64,000 bases of DNA. Source: Eledone cirrhosa (Eukaryota). Made by a program: the position numbers and the translations under genes. Where the stretch lies: contig OZ024747.1 of the NCBI GenBank assembly GCA_964016885.1, positions 28,520,001 through 28,584,000 of the forward strand, written 5' to 3'. This document shows, one piece after another, positions 1 through 13,136 of this stretch. The notes beneath the pieces are model-generated. The model was not told where the DNA came from. It worked only from the letters and a program-made list of their open reading frames with translations, and made no database searches. Every line of letters starts with the position of its first letter. Positions within the stretch are counted from its first letter, which is position 1.

Positions 1-1400
1 TATCCTCCTCGATAACACATCAATACTCTAGCCTTAATCTCAAACTTTTACTTTTCAAGATGGCTTATTAATAATAGCAACAAGCTTTCACTCCTTTGGT
101 TTTCTCATTTTCTTTTGTTTTTTACTCTCGTCTATCATTTTTCTTGAACTAAGATACCTAAGATCCTCAACTCCTTTTAGCTAATTTCCATTTTGAGATA
201 CAATATCACCCTCTTTCTGGTTGTATGCAATATATGCCATCTTCTCATTTATATGAAGTCCAATTGTTCAGCAGCCCATTCCACCCTCTATAACAACAGC
301 TGTCGCAGCTGCCTGATAAGTGTGAGATATCTGCATAATCAGCATCAATAATTGTTATTTCAGGGTGTCTAGTGTTACATCGAGGATGTAGTGTGAATCC
401 TGTTTGATGAGCATGATACGATGTAGCTTGTTTCATTGTATAGTCAAGTGTTAATATGAAGAGGAAGATAGTTAGTGTATCTCCTTGAAGAACACCCACT
501 TTTAGTTTGAAGAAGTTCATTTCACTATCAGGAGAAAGTACTTTTGCTTCTGTGCCAAAGTAGAAGGCACCTACTGCTGTCACGATTTGCAATGGAATTC
601 TATATGCTTCCATTATTTGTTTGAGTTTTCCACAATGAATAAAATCGAGAGCTTTGCTAAAATCAATGAATGTGATAACAGCTGGAAGGTTTTGCTTTTA
701 CTCCTTTGATGAGTTTTCTAAGGGTCAGAATTTACTCAAGTATTGATCTATTTGAACAAAATCCATTTTGGTTCATGTGAAGTATTGGTTCTAAATGAGG
801 TTTAATTCTAAGGAGCAGCATTTTCTTGTAGATCTTTGATGATACTACATGGTAATTTTTGACATCACTAAGATCACCTTTTTTTTGGAAGCGAAGTTAT
901 ATCACTTTTGTTTCAAAGTTTTGGCTTATCTCCATGAAAGGTTTTATTACACACTTCAAGTAGTGCATCAACTAAGGCTTCGGTTTTCCAGACCTGGATT
1001 GGAATGTTTGAATGTTATTGAGTCCTGCTGCTTTTCTGTTTTTGAAGGATTTAATTGTCTTCAATAGTTCATCTTTTTTTAAATCGTCAGTAATGATTGG
1101 TAATGTACTGTCAACCACTCGTGTAATATTTTGTTCTCTAATAAGATGCGGTTGACCAAGAAGTGGTCTTTCCATTTTTGTACGCATTCTTTTGGTGTCT
1201 TGGTTATCTTGCATGTTAGTACATTCTTTCCACAAGTAATTTCATTGACATTTGTCCAAGCAATTTTTGATGATAGATTATGTACTGCATTTGATATGAT
1301 GTTGGTTTTGTTTATATATGTAGTAAGCTCCTCATTGTGAGTAGCCTCAAGATCATGTTTGGCTGCTTGGAAATGATCATTATTTATTGGACTTTTCTAA
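1..1400 (-). mobile_element. Degraded non-LTR retrotransposon (RTE-like) RT fragment
   Basis: ORF remnants GVLQGDTL..FLFILTLDY, DADYAD and KNRKAAGL, broken by frameshifts; boundaries approximate. Confidence 0.75.
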
Positions 1401-2069
1401 TAATGCTTTTTGTACTTCTTGAACTGGTTCATGGATCAACACCTCAAAAGAGATATGAGCACTAGAATTAACTTAGCCTAGACAGTTTGCAAACAAAATG
1501 GATGTCATTTGGAAATCAAACTTGAACATCAAACTAAAGGTTAAATCCACCATGCCCAAGGCAATATCTCTGCATTCACACATTAATTCCACATATCACA
1601 ACAAAATACTTTTATCTGTAAAAACTACATCAAGTAACCTGTTAATGAAATGCTCAATGTTATATCAAACCTTCTATATATCTTGGTTGTGTTATATTTT
1701 ACTACATGGTGTCGCCATACACCATGCTACAAATAAAAATATGAAAATTAACAATTTGGTTTTCCTTGTTCATTTGTCTCTATTATTGGTCCTGATCATT
1801 TCTCAACAACACACAACAAAACATCAAACAATATATCACAAATATTTCAACCACAATAGCGAACCACATAACTACAAAAATGGCACACATCAAAAATTTC
1901 TATAAGAATGGTTTTCTGAGGAGGATCAGGAAGAAACCAGTTAAATAAGATACTACTCAATACATTAGAAGAGGAGATATCAATAACAAGTGGTGATAAA
2001 GTATGACATAACAACAAAGGGGAAAGTAATTGATACAAAAGTAAAAGAGTGAGATATGTCAACACTTAC

Positions 2070-2168
2070 CACTCTATCTGAGAGTTTACCCCAGAATGGT
2101 GAGGAGATAGCATATGTCACAGATATCAGCAGAAACACAAGACCAACTAGTGAACCACTTAAAGAGAA
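2070..2168 (-). CDS. SLC18B1: SLC18B1-like exon (99 bp); gene continues left of the window
   Basis: FSLSGSLVGLVFLLISVTYAISSPFWGKLSDRV (GxLSDR, MFS motif A-like); CAG/GTAAG boundaries. Confidence 0.87.
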
Positions 2169-2224
2169 CTGAAACATAAAGATATGCACATGACTTATTA
2201 TTATTATTATTAATATATATATAT

Positions 2225-2725
2225 ATAAATTTACAAAAGTATTTAAAACATCACATTCCAGAAGAGTGGGAATAACATTTATTGCTTAACACTGACATGT
2301 GTTTCATTGTAAGTGTTACATGTCAGTCTAGGATCGTTAATATTTGACTCATTTAAACAAATTAAATCGAATCGAACTACTTAAAAATCATATGTAGGCA
2401 CAATATTTCATGTTTCGTTCTCTCTTCCTTTTCTTTTTCTTTATCACGTTTTTTTCTTTTCTTTTCTTTTTTCCTTTAATTTTTGCTTGCCTTCTATATA
2501 TCTCTATATGTGAAAAAGTTCTTATTTCAATTTGAAAATTTGTTGTGTCTACATATGATTTTTTAAGTAGTAGGATTCAATTTAATTTGGTTGAATGAGT
2601 CAAATATTAGCGATCCTAAACTGATATGTAATACATACGATGAAACACGTGTCAATTTTATGCAATAAATGTTATTCCCACTCTTCTTGAATGTTATGTT
2701 TTAAATAATAATTTTATAAATTTCT
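2225..2725. repeat. Degenerate inverted repeat (~185-bp arms), fold-back relic
   Basis: 2225-2410 is reverse-complementary to ~2533-2725 (e.g. gagtgggaataacatttattgc / gcaataaatgttattcccactc). Confidence 0.8.
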
Positions 2726-2817
2726 ATATATACTCTATATACTGTGTAAATTGGAACCTATAGAGGAACTACCACAGGATTCACCAAATGAAATAATTCG
2801 ACCATTGAGTGAAACAC

Positions 2818-3268
2818 TGTTGGCTTGATTTCTACAGCTGGATGCCCTTCCTAACACCAACCTCATTTACAGTGAGTGCTGGGTGCTTTTTTTCCGTGGC
2901 ACCTACACGTCCACTTTACAGTGTGGGCTGGGTGCTTTTTTGCCGTTGCACCTCCACGACCACTTTGCAGTGGGAGGGTGTGGGGGCATATTGTCTATAT
3001 ATGCTTCAGCTTCGGCTTGTACCTGTGGGGGGGGGTCAGGTCTTCTGTATTACTGCGTGATGCCAGAGGTTACGATCATGTGTCATCGCCTTTGAGAGGT
3101 GTAATTGGGTATGGTCGGCTTTTATCACCTCATCCAAGGTCTTCTTGGGTCACCCCACTCCGCGGTTTACATCGACTTCTACTGCTCTGCACCTTTTTAT
3201 GCAGCTGTCATCCTTCATACGCATCACATGTCCATACCAATGCAACTGCCTCTCCTGCACACAGCATT
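2818..3268 (-). mobile_element. RTE LINE 3' fragment
   Basis: Highly similar to 29085-29510 (end of the RTE ORF and 3'UTR). Confidence 0.85.
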
Positions 3269-3400
3269 TGATATATAATTATATATATCATCATCATCAT
3301 CAATATATGTATGTATGTATGAATGTATATATAACAATAACAATCATTTAAAGTATATAAAGTTCATATACCTACAGCTATAAATAAAATATATACTTAC

Positions 3401-3537
3401 TATGCGTAGATGTGGTTCAAGTATTGGATCCAACCCTGCCCACACCGTTGATGACATAAAGATTACAAAACACATTATTATTATCATTGGTGACTTGAAT
3501 AATGGTCTCACTGAATTCTTCTGTTCAACTTTCCAAT
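3401..3537 (-). CDS. SLC18B1: SLC18B1-like exon (137 bp)
   Basis: (D)WKVEQKNSVRPLFKSPMIIIMCFVIFMSSTVWAGLDPILEPHLRI with LDPxLEPHL motif; CAG/GTAAG boundaries. Confidence 0.85.
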
Positions 3538-4666
3538 CTGAAACAATAAAAATGAAAAGTGATGGATATGAAGCATGTTGAAAAAGTATCCAATTTTATT
3601 TTTCCTGTTGAAATGATGACATTAGGGCAATAAAAGTGTACAAAGTGGAGCCACATACATTCATTCATGTACATGTATGGTTTTGCTGAGCTCACTGGAT
3701 GCATCAATCACTGTCATATAGCCAGAATGACGTGTTATACTATTTACTCATCACATTTTCATTTCACTCATTACTGCCAACAAGAATCCTGTGTTCTTGA
3801 ATATTGTGATAACTAAAGACATGGGTGCACAAGTAAAACCTGGAAACCAAAGCTCAGTTATCACAGTGGAAATATTCAACAGCACCAACATGCAAAATAG
3901 CGCATCAGGTGCAATGCAAAATCAAAGTGATGCTACTGTTTTCTTTAACAATCAAGGCATTACAGTTTCAAAAGAGGACTATCAGGAAGGTTTCTAACAT
4001 TTTAGTGGGGCAGTTCAGCACAAGAAACCAGATCTATAGGCTTGACAAAACTGGCAGCTACATCATGATAATACCCTGGCACATTTGTGAGAGCTGATCC
4101 AAGGTTTCCTGGCAAATGAAAGCCTTTTACTCACTCACCTGGCTCCCTTCTCTCCAAACATAATTTGTTTTCCGAGCCTAAGGTTGGATACTTTTTCAAC
4201 AGAACACATATGTTTGTTAACTCTTTTGATACTAACATACTATTTCCTCCATAAAAAAACTGTCAATTTTAACATGCTTATATTTAAATGAAAATTGAGC
4301 TGAGAGAAAACATCTGAATATAAGAGGAAAGATATGTAGTGTGCAAGATAGAAAATTGCACTGGTACAGATGTGTAATGTGTAAAGATGATGATTATTGG
4401 GTGAAGCTGAACAGGAAAGACAAGTTCAACACAAAATCTTTTTGTATACTCCAGATACCAGCTCAATAATGGACGACTAAGCAATTTTATTTAATCAATC
4501 AAACTTTGAGATTTTTTAAATAGAAATAGAAATAAATGGACAGTATGTATATTATCTACTGGAACTATAAAACTCAATTAGTATACTACACAGTATATTG
4601 AGTGACATATGTGTTACAGTAGATTTTACATTCTCCTAATTGAAACTAATAAAGAAGTAAAATAAC

Positions 4667-4757
4667 CTTTTCTTTTTGATAATATCCAAAAGTTGAAAGG
4701 AATCACCAACCAAAATATTGAACCAACCACAACAAAGGGTAAAATGAAACCTCCAGC
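4667..4757 (-). CDS. SLC18B1: SLC18B1-like exon (91 bp)
   Basis: AGGFILPFVVVGSIFWLVIPFNFWILSKRK plus 1 nt; CAG/GT boundaries; phase fits next exon. Confidence 0.82.
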
Positions 4758-5026
4758 CTGGTCATTTAAAAGAAAATATAAAGAAGAAACATAAGAAATT
4801 AATTATTGATTGATATTTTGGTAGGTAAGGAAGGAAATGAAAGTTTGAAAGACATTGTTAGAAAATTATTTTGAGAGAAATTCCTGTTGAGAGAGACGGA
4901 CAGCCAGTTCCAAGCAGAGATTTTCTGGACACCACTCTATCAATATGAACTCTTAAAATACAGAAATGCATAAATAATGCATTTCCATTTTATTCATAAT
5001 CCATCACCCAATTTAATACTACCATC

Positions 5027-5150
5027 TAGCCATAATGGTAGGGATGTTGGACTTAGGATCATAATGTCATGAGTTCAATTCCTGGAGTGGGTTGTGTGTT
5101 GTGTTCTTGAGCAAAACATTTCATTTCACTTTGCTCTAGTATACTCAAGG
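5027..5150 (+). mobile_element. Degenerate tRNA-derived SINE head and core
   Basis: A/B-box-like head plus gtgttgtgttcttgagcaaaacatttcatttcac core shared with the 60183 and 63340 copies. Confidence 0.6.
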
Positions 5151-5269
5151 GCCCTACACAAAGGAGAATCATTAGACATAATTTATACTCAAAGATTGCT
5201 CCTGTGCAGTGCAGGTTTAAGATTATGTCTCAAACTTTAAGTCACTTTTTCTCATCCACTCCCATTTTC

Positions 5270-5890
5270 TACTGAGTGCTGCACAGCAGCAATGGAAATC
5301 AGAAGACTGAGATATTCCTCCTCTCAAGGAAGCCTAACAGTGTACACTACATGTGAGTGAAGTTTCACTGAAGCAGGTGGAGGAATTGAAGTATCTCAGA
5401 GTCGTGTTCAGAGTGATGGAAAGCAGGAGACTTAATTAAATGCAAGAATTTCAGGAGCTGGTGCAGTAATATGCGAGCTTCAACATTTGGTCATCAGAAG
5501 AAGGGATGTAGGTGTAAAAGGTAAACTTGCTATCTTCAATTCAGTGTTTATGGCAACTCTTACCTATGATACTGAATCTTGGGTCATGACAAAGAATATG
5601 ATCGCAAATACAAGCGGCTAAATTGGAGCTCCTCTGAAGTGTTTTTGGAGTAATGTTACTCGATAGAGTGCATAGCTTGGAGATCAAAGAGTCGCTCCAG
5701 ATAGAGCTGCTACTTGAGAGATCACAGTTCCTACATTACAGACAAGGGGTTAGAATGTCTAAGGAAAGAATCACTAGACAGATTTACAGGTAAAAACCAA
5801 CAAAAAGGAGACCCAGGGGTAGACTTCGAACATAATGGCTGGATAACATCTATGAACTCAACTGGTCTTGCTTGGGAATCCAGTGCTATG
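5270..5890 (+). mobile_element. Degraded RTE LINE fragment
   Basis: Remnant peptides LKQVEELKYL and KLAIFNSVFMATLTYDTESWVMT typical of the RTE post-RT region. Confidence 0.65.
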
Positions 5891-6217
5891 CTAAACACCA
5901 AGTGATATTTAGTTGTGTCTCTATATGTTCTGAGATTAAATCTCACCAAAGTGAAAGGGCCTCTGAAACAACTGAGAAGAAGGAAGGTATCTCTACACTG
6001 AAGACTTGTACAAATGCTTGCAACAGGCTAGACCAAAGACACCCATGAAAGAATGCATCAACTACACATTGTAAGATGGTTAGTGCTTGGAAAGGCATCC
6101 AGCCATAGAAACCATGCCAAAATATAAAGTGTATAAGTGTGGGAGGCAAACGTAAAGTGATGATTACACAAATAATAAATTTTAATGCAATGTTTCAACA
6201 ATATAAATTATCTACAT

Positions 6218-6718
6218 CAGTATTTCTGAAAGTAGGTTCCATGAAAACATTCTGGGGTTCTGTGAGATAAGGTGTCTTTTAACCAGTCCATTACTATATT
6301 TCTAATCAAAGACATTGCCTATGATTTTCAAATAATTTTGAAAATAATTGAAATTTGGAGGGATTTAATAATATAACTAACTTTCTCATTATCACAATGG
6401 TGTTTGTGGCATAACTTTAAGGTTCTTAAATAAAATGATGATGGAAGAGCTATAGATCAATATAAACATTTTAAAATATATAGTTTTGTATCATAGAACC
6501 AATGGCAATTTCAGGTGGTTTGATATCAAAAAGGTTGATAAAATTTAATGAAGAATGGTCTTTTTACATGAATCATCTCTCTAAAATGATTTTGGGTTTC
6601 ATTTAATGTTTATTAAAATTAGGATGGTGGAGATCGTCTGTAAAACAATGATATAGGTTCTGCAATGTTTGGAATATTGTATAAAGATTTCATGACAAAA
6701 TACGTTTGGGAACCACTG
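6218..6718. mobile_element. Possible hAT-type MITE relic
   Basis: Right end tttgggaaccactg and degenerate left end cagtatttctgaaa resemble CAGTGGTTCCCAAA-type TIRs; no TSD seen. Confidence 0.3.
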
Positions 6719-6895
6719 ATTAAGGGACATCATTACTAGAATTTAACTTCCATTTTCCCTGCTAGCAAGGGTTGGACAGGTAGATTTTATCATGGCAGTA
6801 ACACTAAAGAGATTGTTGTGTTGTGACTTAAGGGTTCTCTCTACCCTATAGGGGAGGGGGGGGGGGAGAAGAAGATAAAAGTAATTAGTTGTTAC

Positions 6896-6964
6896 ACTGT
6901 ATAAAGCTCCTCCAAGTGCAGGACCCACTGCCAGACCAATTCCTACAAATGTCTCAGTTATACC
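6896..6964 (-). CDS. SLC18B1: SLC18B1-like exon (69 bp)
   Basis: GITETFVGIGLAVGPALGGALYS contains the MFS motif C-like GPxxGG; CAG/GTAAC boundaries. Confidence 0.88.
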
Positions 6965-7505
6965 CTGCAAGATGAGAAAAAATACATTTTCAAAAGTATA
7001 TAAAAATAAATGATGGGAAGAGGAGGAGCAGGTAGACTTATAACATAGAAAACAACTGAAAGTTTCTGTATAACAATCTGAGGGTCACAGACCAGATCTA
7101 TTGGTGAAGCCATGTTTTAACCAAATGGAAGGGTGCATGATAGAGCTATAGAAGATAAGAGTGGAGAGACAGAGGAAGAAAGAAAGAGAGAGAGGAGGAA
7201 AGATAAAGGAAAGAAAAGAAAAAGAAAGGAAAGAAATAGAGAGGGAGAAATTGATAGAAGTAAAGTTAGAGGAAGAATGCTTTAACCCTTTAGCATTTAC
7301 ATTACTCTATAATTACTATTGTATTTTCAAAGTAAACACTCTCTCACATAATTATCTCACATAATATAGAATCTCTGAGATTTTGATATTTATTTTAGGA
7401 ACAATACCTTAAAGTCGGTATGAGCAACTGGTTATGACTGGTTTGAACAGAAAGAGGTGAGAGAATTCTGGCTGGATATGGCCGGGTTAAAGGAAGTTGA
7501 CTTAC

Positions 7506-7665
7506 AAAGGCTGTACTGATATCATCTGGGAATTCTAAAGACATAATAGTGAAGCTGCTGCAGTTATAGGCTGTACAACCTATCGCCATGAAGATTCTCA
7601 ACACAAAACACAGAATCAAGAAGATGAAGTTGTTGTGCTCTTCCCGTGGAAGGAATTTCAAAAAT
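7506..7665 (-). CDS. SLC18B1: SLC18B1-like exon (160 bp)
   Basis: FLKFLPREEHNNFIFLILCFVLRIFMAIGCTAYNCSSFTIMSLEFPDDISTAF; AG acceptor and GTAAG donor; restores phase 0. Confidence 0.85.
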
Positions 7666-8444
7666 CTGCAATTTATTATTTAACAACATGAAACCACATT
7701 AACAAGACATTCTTAAAAATACATAACAGCACTATGAATCATCACATTCAAATTTTGTCTTTCACAAGTCTTGTACTTTTTAAGTATGTCTTGCTAATGT
7801 GGTTTCACATGGCTTGTTAAATCAAACGCTTATAGTATCTTAACTAATTGATCCACCATTGTGAGAGCTTGCAGTAAAGTAAAGTAAAGACTTTAATTTT
7901 TAATGTGATGCAGTCACATTAAAAATTGTTGTGTTAATGTGATTTCATGCCATTTATAGTATCTTTACTAGTGGACAAGCTGTTGTGAAAATTTGCATTA
8001 ATCGAAAGTGAAGACTTCCTTCAATTTTTAATATGATACAGACTACAAAATCTAAAATAAAAATCTATCTCTTATTTGTTTAACCAAATTGTTGTTGTTT
8101 AGAACCAGCTCACTGATAAAGTGAAACTAAGATCAAAAGCATTCTAGCTGTAACTATCCCATTTTTGGGGGGAGCTATCTAGGTTTATATTATGCAATGA
8201 GTCCTTTGTTATGATAGATGGGTGTATTCAATACTTTTTACATTAAATATGCTAACACTAACTTAACTATTAGATTTTCATGCAAATGGTGATTTCTGCT
8301 TTAATGCTTAATTTGTTTCTTTGTTTTTCTCAATTTGCATATATTTATTTATTTATTTTACATATCCTCTTCTATTTGTATTCCACTAAAAAGAGTCAAA
8401 TCAACATAATTTATACAGTAGAAGGCTTATAACAGAAAACTTAC

Positions 8445-8518
8445 CCAAATAACATTGTACACCCCCCAGCAAAAAATAATCCAGACAGAAACAGGAATTT
8501 AGTTCCAACGACTGATAT
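8445..8518 (-). CDS. SLC18B1: SLC18B1-like exon (74 bp)
   Basis: AG/GTAAG-bounded; ISVVGTKFLFLSGLFFAGGCTMLFG; ends in phase 2. Confidence 0.85.
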
Positions 8519-8528
8519 CTGTGCAAAT

Positions 8529-8580
<52 letters not shown>

Positions 8581-8602
8581 ATATGATAATGAATATAATA
8601 AT

Positions 8603-8780
8603 TGTTTTTACTTTTGGCACAAGGCCAGCAATTATCCCAATGCATTTATTGTATCGACCCCATAAGGATGAAAGGCAAAGTTAACCTCAGCGGGATTTGA
8701 ATTCAAAACGCAAAGAACCATAACTCTATGCTGCAAAGCATGGTGTCTGACGCTTTACCGATACTGCCAATCTACCGCCT

Positions 8781-8829
<49 letters not shown>

Positions 8830-9918
8830 GTTTCTATTATAGGCACAAGGCCAGCAATTTTGGGGGAGAGGAAAGTCGATGAAATCGATCCCATTGCATT
8901 ACCGGTACTTTATTTTATCGACCCTGTAAGGATGAAATGCAAAGCTAACCTTGATGGGATTTGAACTCAGAACATAAAGGGAAATAACTATGCCACAAAG
9001 CATGTCGTCCAATGCTCAAACAATACTGCCAATCCACTATGAGTTTTGTCATATAATAATTGTTTCTATTTTAGGCACAAGGCCAACAAATACCCAGTAC
9101 ATTACTGGTACTTTATTTTATCGACCCCGTAGGATGAAAGGCAAAGTTAACCTCGGCGGGATTGTCATATAATAGGTTTTGTCATATAATAATTGTTCTA
9201 CTTTTAGCACAAGGCCAGCAATTACCCCAGTGCATTACTGGTGCTTATTTTTTCGACCCTGTAAGGATGAAAGGCAAAGTTTACCTCGGCGGAATTTGAA
9301 CTCAGAACGTAAATGGCCATAACTCTGTGCTGCAAAGCATGGTGTCTGATGCTCTACCAATACTGCCTCTAATAATTACAATAATATTAGTTTCTGCTTG
9401 AGGCACAAGGCCAACAATTTCGTGGGGAGAGGTAAGTTGATTAAATTGACAGTATATTATTGGTGCTTTATTTTATCAACCCCATAAGAATGAAAGGCAA
9501 AGTTAGCCTCAGGGGGATTTGAACTCAGAACATAAACGAGCATAACTAAATACCGGAATGCATTTCATCAGATGCTCTAATGAATCTACCAATTCACTGT
9601 CAGATAATATTAATAATTTTAAGCAGATATTATGGTGATGATGATGATGATGACATGGATAATGAAGGTGATAATGATTGCAATGATGATGATGACAATA
9701 GTGGTGGTGATGATGATGATGATATGGATAATTGTTTCTACTTTAGGCACAAGGCCAGCAATTACCCAGTGCATTACTGGTACTTTATTTTATCGACCCC
9801 GTAAGGATGAAAGGCAAAGTCAACCTCGGCGGGATTTGAACTCAGATCGTAAAGGGACGTAACTATGCTGGAAAGCATGGCGTCCGACCCTCTACCGATA
9901 CTGCCAATTCACCGCCTT
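8603..9918 (-). mobile_element. Tandem cluster of six tRNA-derived SINE copies (Deu/Nin-domain-like core)
   Basis: Six copies (~8603, 8828, 9060, 9193, 9388, 9732) of ggcacaaggccagcaatt...tatcgaccccgtaaggatgaaaggcaaagt..cctcggcgggatttgaactcagaac; minus strand has a B-box-like GAGTTCAAATCC and a CCTTTCATCC..GGGTCGATAAAATAA.GTACCAG core. Confidence 0.8.
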
Positions 9919-10098
9919 GATGATATGGATAATGAAGGTGGTAAAGATTGCAGTGATGATGATGACAATAGTGGTGATGATGATGATGATGATGATGATA
10001 ACAACACCGATGACAACAACAATGAATATCATGACATCAACGAAGATGATGATGATATCATTTGCAATAAATATCAAGTAGCAATAAAACACACTTAC

Positions 10099-10194
10099 AA
10101 GACGACCAAAAATAACTGACATAAAAACTGAAGTTAATGAAAACACTCCAAATATCCATCCTGATGTTGTAAGGCTTATTCCACGATCTTGTGC
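10099..10194 (-). CDS. SLC18B1: SLC18B1-like MFS transporter, internal exon (96 bp)
   Basis: AG/GT-bounded exon encoding AQDRGISLTTSGWIFGVFSLTSVFMSVIFGRL; resembles SLC18B1 N-terminal transmembrane region; phase fits next exon. Confidence 0.85.
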
Positions 10195-10243
10195 CTTCAA
10201 ATATAAAGAGCCATATATAGAAAGAAAAACATATGTGTGTGTG

Positions 10244-10311
<68 letters not shown>

Positions 10312-10459
10312 GTGTGTGTGCGGGGGGGGGGGGGGGTTATATATACAGTATCTTCATTTTACATCAACTTTCCATGCTGGCATATATATACATATATATA
10401 TGTGTGTGTGTGTATTTATATCTATATATATATATATATATTTATTAAAATAACAGATT

Positions 10460-12055
10460 AAAGTTTAAGCAAAGAATCGCTGCTTTCACCCTTAACGGGA
10501 TCTTCTGAAACTAACAAAGTCAATCTGTAAACGCAGAACTGGATATTTCAAAAAACATTGCAACCGGAGGAAGACAGGAAGACGATACTTTGGTTCGTGG
10601 TAACGTTCGCTGGCAAAGAACGGGAAAAAACGAATAATACGTCATTAATAGGAGCGGTGAAAAACAATTACGCGCAAAGACAAAACCACGTTTATGGTAT
10701 AAAAGAGGTCGTAGACTAATGTTCTCTTAGGTGGTGCATAGAGACGTTCTCTGGCAATGAACGAAAAAACGAAGATAATAAGTCATATGTGGAGCGTGGA
10801 GAACAATAGCACGCAAAGACAAAACCACGTAAATGGTATAGCAGAAATCGTAGACTAAAATTCTAACTAGGAGACCAAATGAATCTCCGCTACAGAGTTA
10901 AGAACAAAGTAAATAAATACAATACAGAAGTAATAGGAACAAATAAATACATACACGCAAACAGATACGTACATACACAAGCATACGCAAAACCTTACCA
11001 TGGGTATACAAAACCACGCACATATAAATATGTGGGTGGGTGTATGCTTGTGTACAAATAAATAAATAATTATATAAACGTATATAAGTAAATAAATACG
11101 TATATAACAAGCGCACACGCATACCTACATATAAATACACGAATGTTCGGAGACGTAAGTCAACTAAAACAAGAAGTACACATATACACACACCCACCAT
11201 ACGTACGAACCTGCACACTCACGCAGACGCAAAACTTCCGTATACACATAGCCAAACCCTAAATACCAGAATATGTAAAAATTATACGCTATAACAGTCA
11301 AATATACGTACGAGAAGGTATACATACCTTCACAAAACATACGGGTAATATATACTTACCTATGCAAATACGTAAAGGAATAAACAAAACATATACTTAG
11401 CTCCCACATCAAGACGTAAAATATCCACGTATAGATCGTGCTATCCGTTAGGGTATAACGTGGGGCTGTAATACAGGAAAGTTTTGTGCAATTTATGTTT
11501 ACAAGCCGAAATTGCCTCAGATTTTTTGTTTAAGATGTGGTCTGTAGCGTAGAGTATTTCCAGGGCCTCAGCGGCGCAGAGGTCACATGGTCTTTTATTT
11601 CCGTTATACGATCTAGCCCTAGCTAGGATCTCCCAGTGTAACTTATATTGGGTGGGGTTGTCTTTTAGACTCCAGATATAAGCTGAAAGTGACGTCATAT
11701 TCCTTCTTAGAGGGTAACGAAAAGAATGGGTATGCATGTAAAGACGCTGCTTGAAACTATTGGCGGTTAACCCTATGTAGGCCCTACGGGACGTGGGTGT
11801 TACAACCTTACATTTGTAGACAATGTTACTAGAGAGGCATTTCCCGGATAGGGGGCAATCAGCCCGATTCCTACAATTACAGTTAGTACTAGCTACAGGG
11901 TTGCACGTGTTCCTACGACTCGGTAGTTTAGCTAAATTTGAAGCTGTGATGTTATGTGCAAGGTTAGGAGTCGTAGAGTAAGAAATTTTAATAGTATTTC
12001 TATTAAAAATTTTACTATATTTATGTGTAGGGGGAAAATGCTTCGTAATAAGGGA
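10460..12055 (-). mobile_element. 5'-truncated Penelope-like element (GIY-YIG end plus 3'UTR), probably Hydra-type
   Basis: Minus-strand CNCRNRADCPLSGKCLSSNIVYKC..YIGLT, then LSAYIWSLKD..CDLCAAE..LNKKSEAISACKH. Confidence 0.85.
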
Positions 12056-12208
12056 AAATACAATATATAAACAGTTTTATAAATAATTTTGACGTACCAT
12101 AATATAAGCGACCATTAAATTAGGAAGCTGCCTTGCTTCCTAATTTAATGGTCGCTTATATTATGGTACGTCAAAATTATTTATAAAACTGTTTATATAT
12201 TGTATTTT
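12055..12208. repeat. Perfect ~74-bp-arm hairpin
   Basis: aaaatacaat...aattaggaagc followed after a short loop by its exact reverse complement. Confidence 0.95.
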
Positions 12209-12267
12209 ATCTGACGAAGGCATGCCATATTTTTAATATGGTATCCCTGAAATATGTATAATGAAAT
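12204..12267 (+). ncRNA. Minimal type I hammerhead ribozyme motif
   Basis: ATTTTAT-CTGACGA-stem II-GAAA-TATGTA-TA-ATGAAAT. Confidence 0.75.
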
Positions 12268-12396
12268 AAATATGGTTTTATAAATATAGTTTCCATTTGT
12301 TTAATATCGTATATCTACTCCAAAAACTTGTCGAGTGCTTTATATCAGTTATAAAATATTTACTTGTTGTAACCCAACAATTTTAAATAAAACTTT

Positions 12397-12469
<73 letters not shown>

Positions 12470-12747
12470 AAAAGTTCTATTTAAATTGTTGGGATGCAAC
12501 AAGCAAATATTTTTATACCTGATATAAAGCCCTCAACAATAATTGGAGTAAAAATACGATATTAACAAATGGAAACTATATTTATAAAACCATATTTATT
12601 TCATTATACATATTTCAAGGACAGCAATACTAACTTACCTAATAGTATAATTAATAATACAACTCCACTATCCGGGAGCTTCCAACAGTAATGGTTGCAT
12701 TCTTTAAGGGTATGTCAATATTTATTTATAAAACTGCTCTATATTAT

Positions 12748-12810
12748 ATTTTATCTGATGAAAGCACACCATAATTTAACTTGGTGTCCTTGAAATATGT
12801 ATAATGAAAT
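12748..12810 (+). ncRNA. Minimal hammerhead ribozyme motif (same family as 12204)
   Basis: ATTTTAT-CTGATGA-stem II-GAAA-TATGTA-TA-ATGAAAT. Confidence 0.7.
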
Positions 12811-12868
12811 AAATATGGTTTTATAAATATAGTTTCCATTTGTTAATATCGTATATATATATATATAT

Positions 12869-12998
12869 AAGTGGTTACACAACAGTTAGTTCACCATACC
12901 GAGAACAATTGTTTCAGCTTAGCGGATCCTCAGCTGAGGATCCCCTAAGGTAAAACAATTGTTCTCGGTATGGTGAACTAACTGTTGTGTAACCACTT
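12869..12998. repeat. Palindrome centred on CAGCTG, with a truncated hammerhead-like core
   Basis: Near-perfect 65-bp arms; minus strand reads CTGAGGA..GAAACAATTGTT. Confidence 0.8.
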
Positions 12999-13061
12999 CT
13001 ACCTAACTCGTCCCATGGACTGAGTGTTCTACCACTACGGATATTACCTTCCAGTGTTCCC

Positions 13062-13136
<75 letters not shown>

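Noticed and set aside
8603-9918. CRISPR-like repeat-spacer array
   Set aside because: Units are 100-200-bp SINEs separated by microsatellites in a eukaryotic intron; no cas genes
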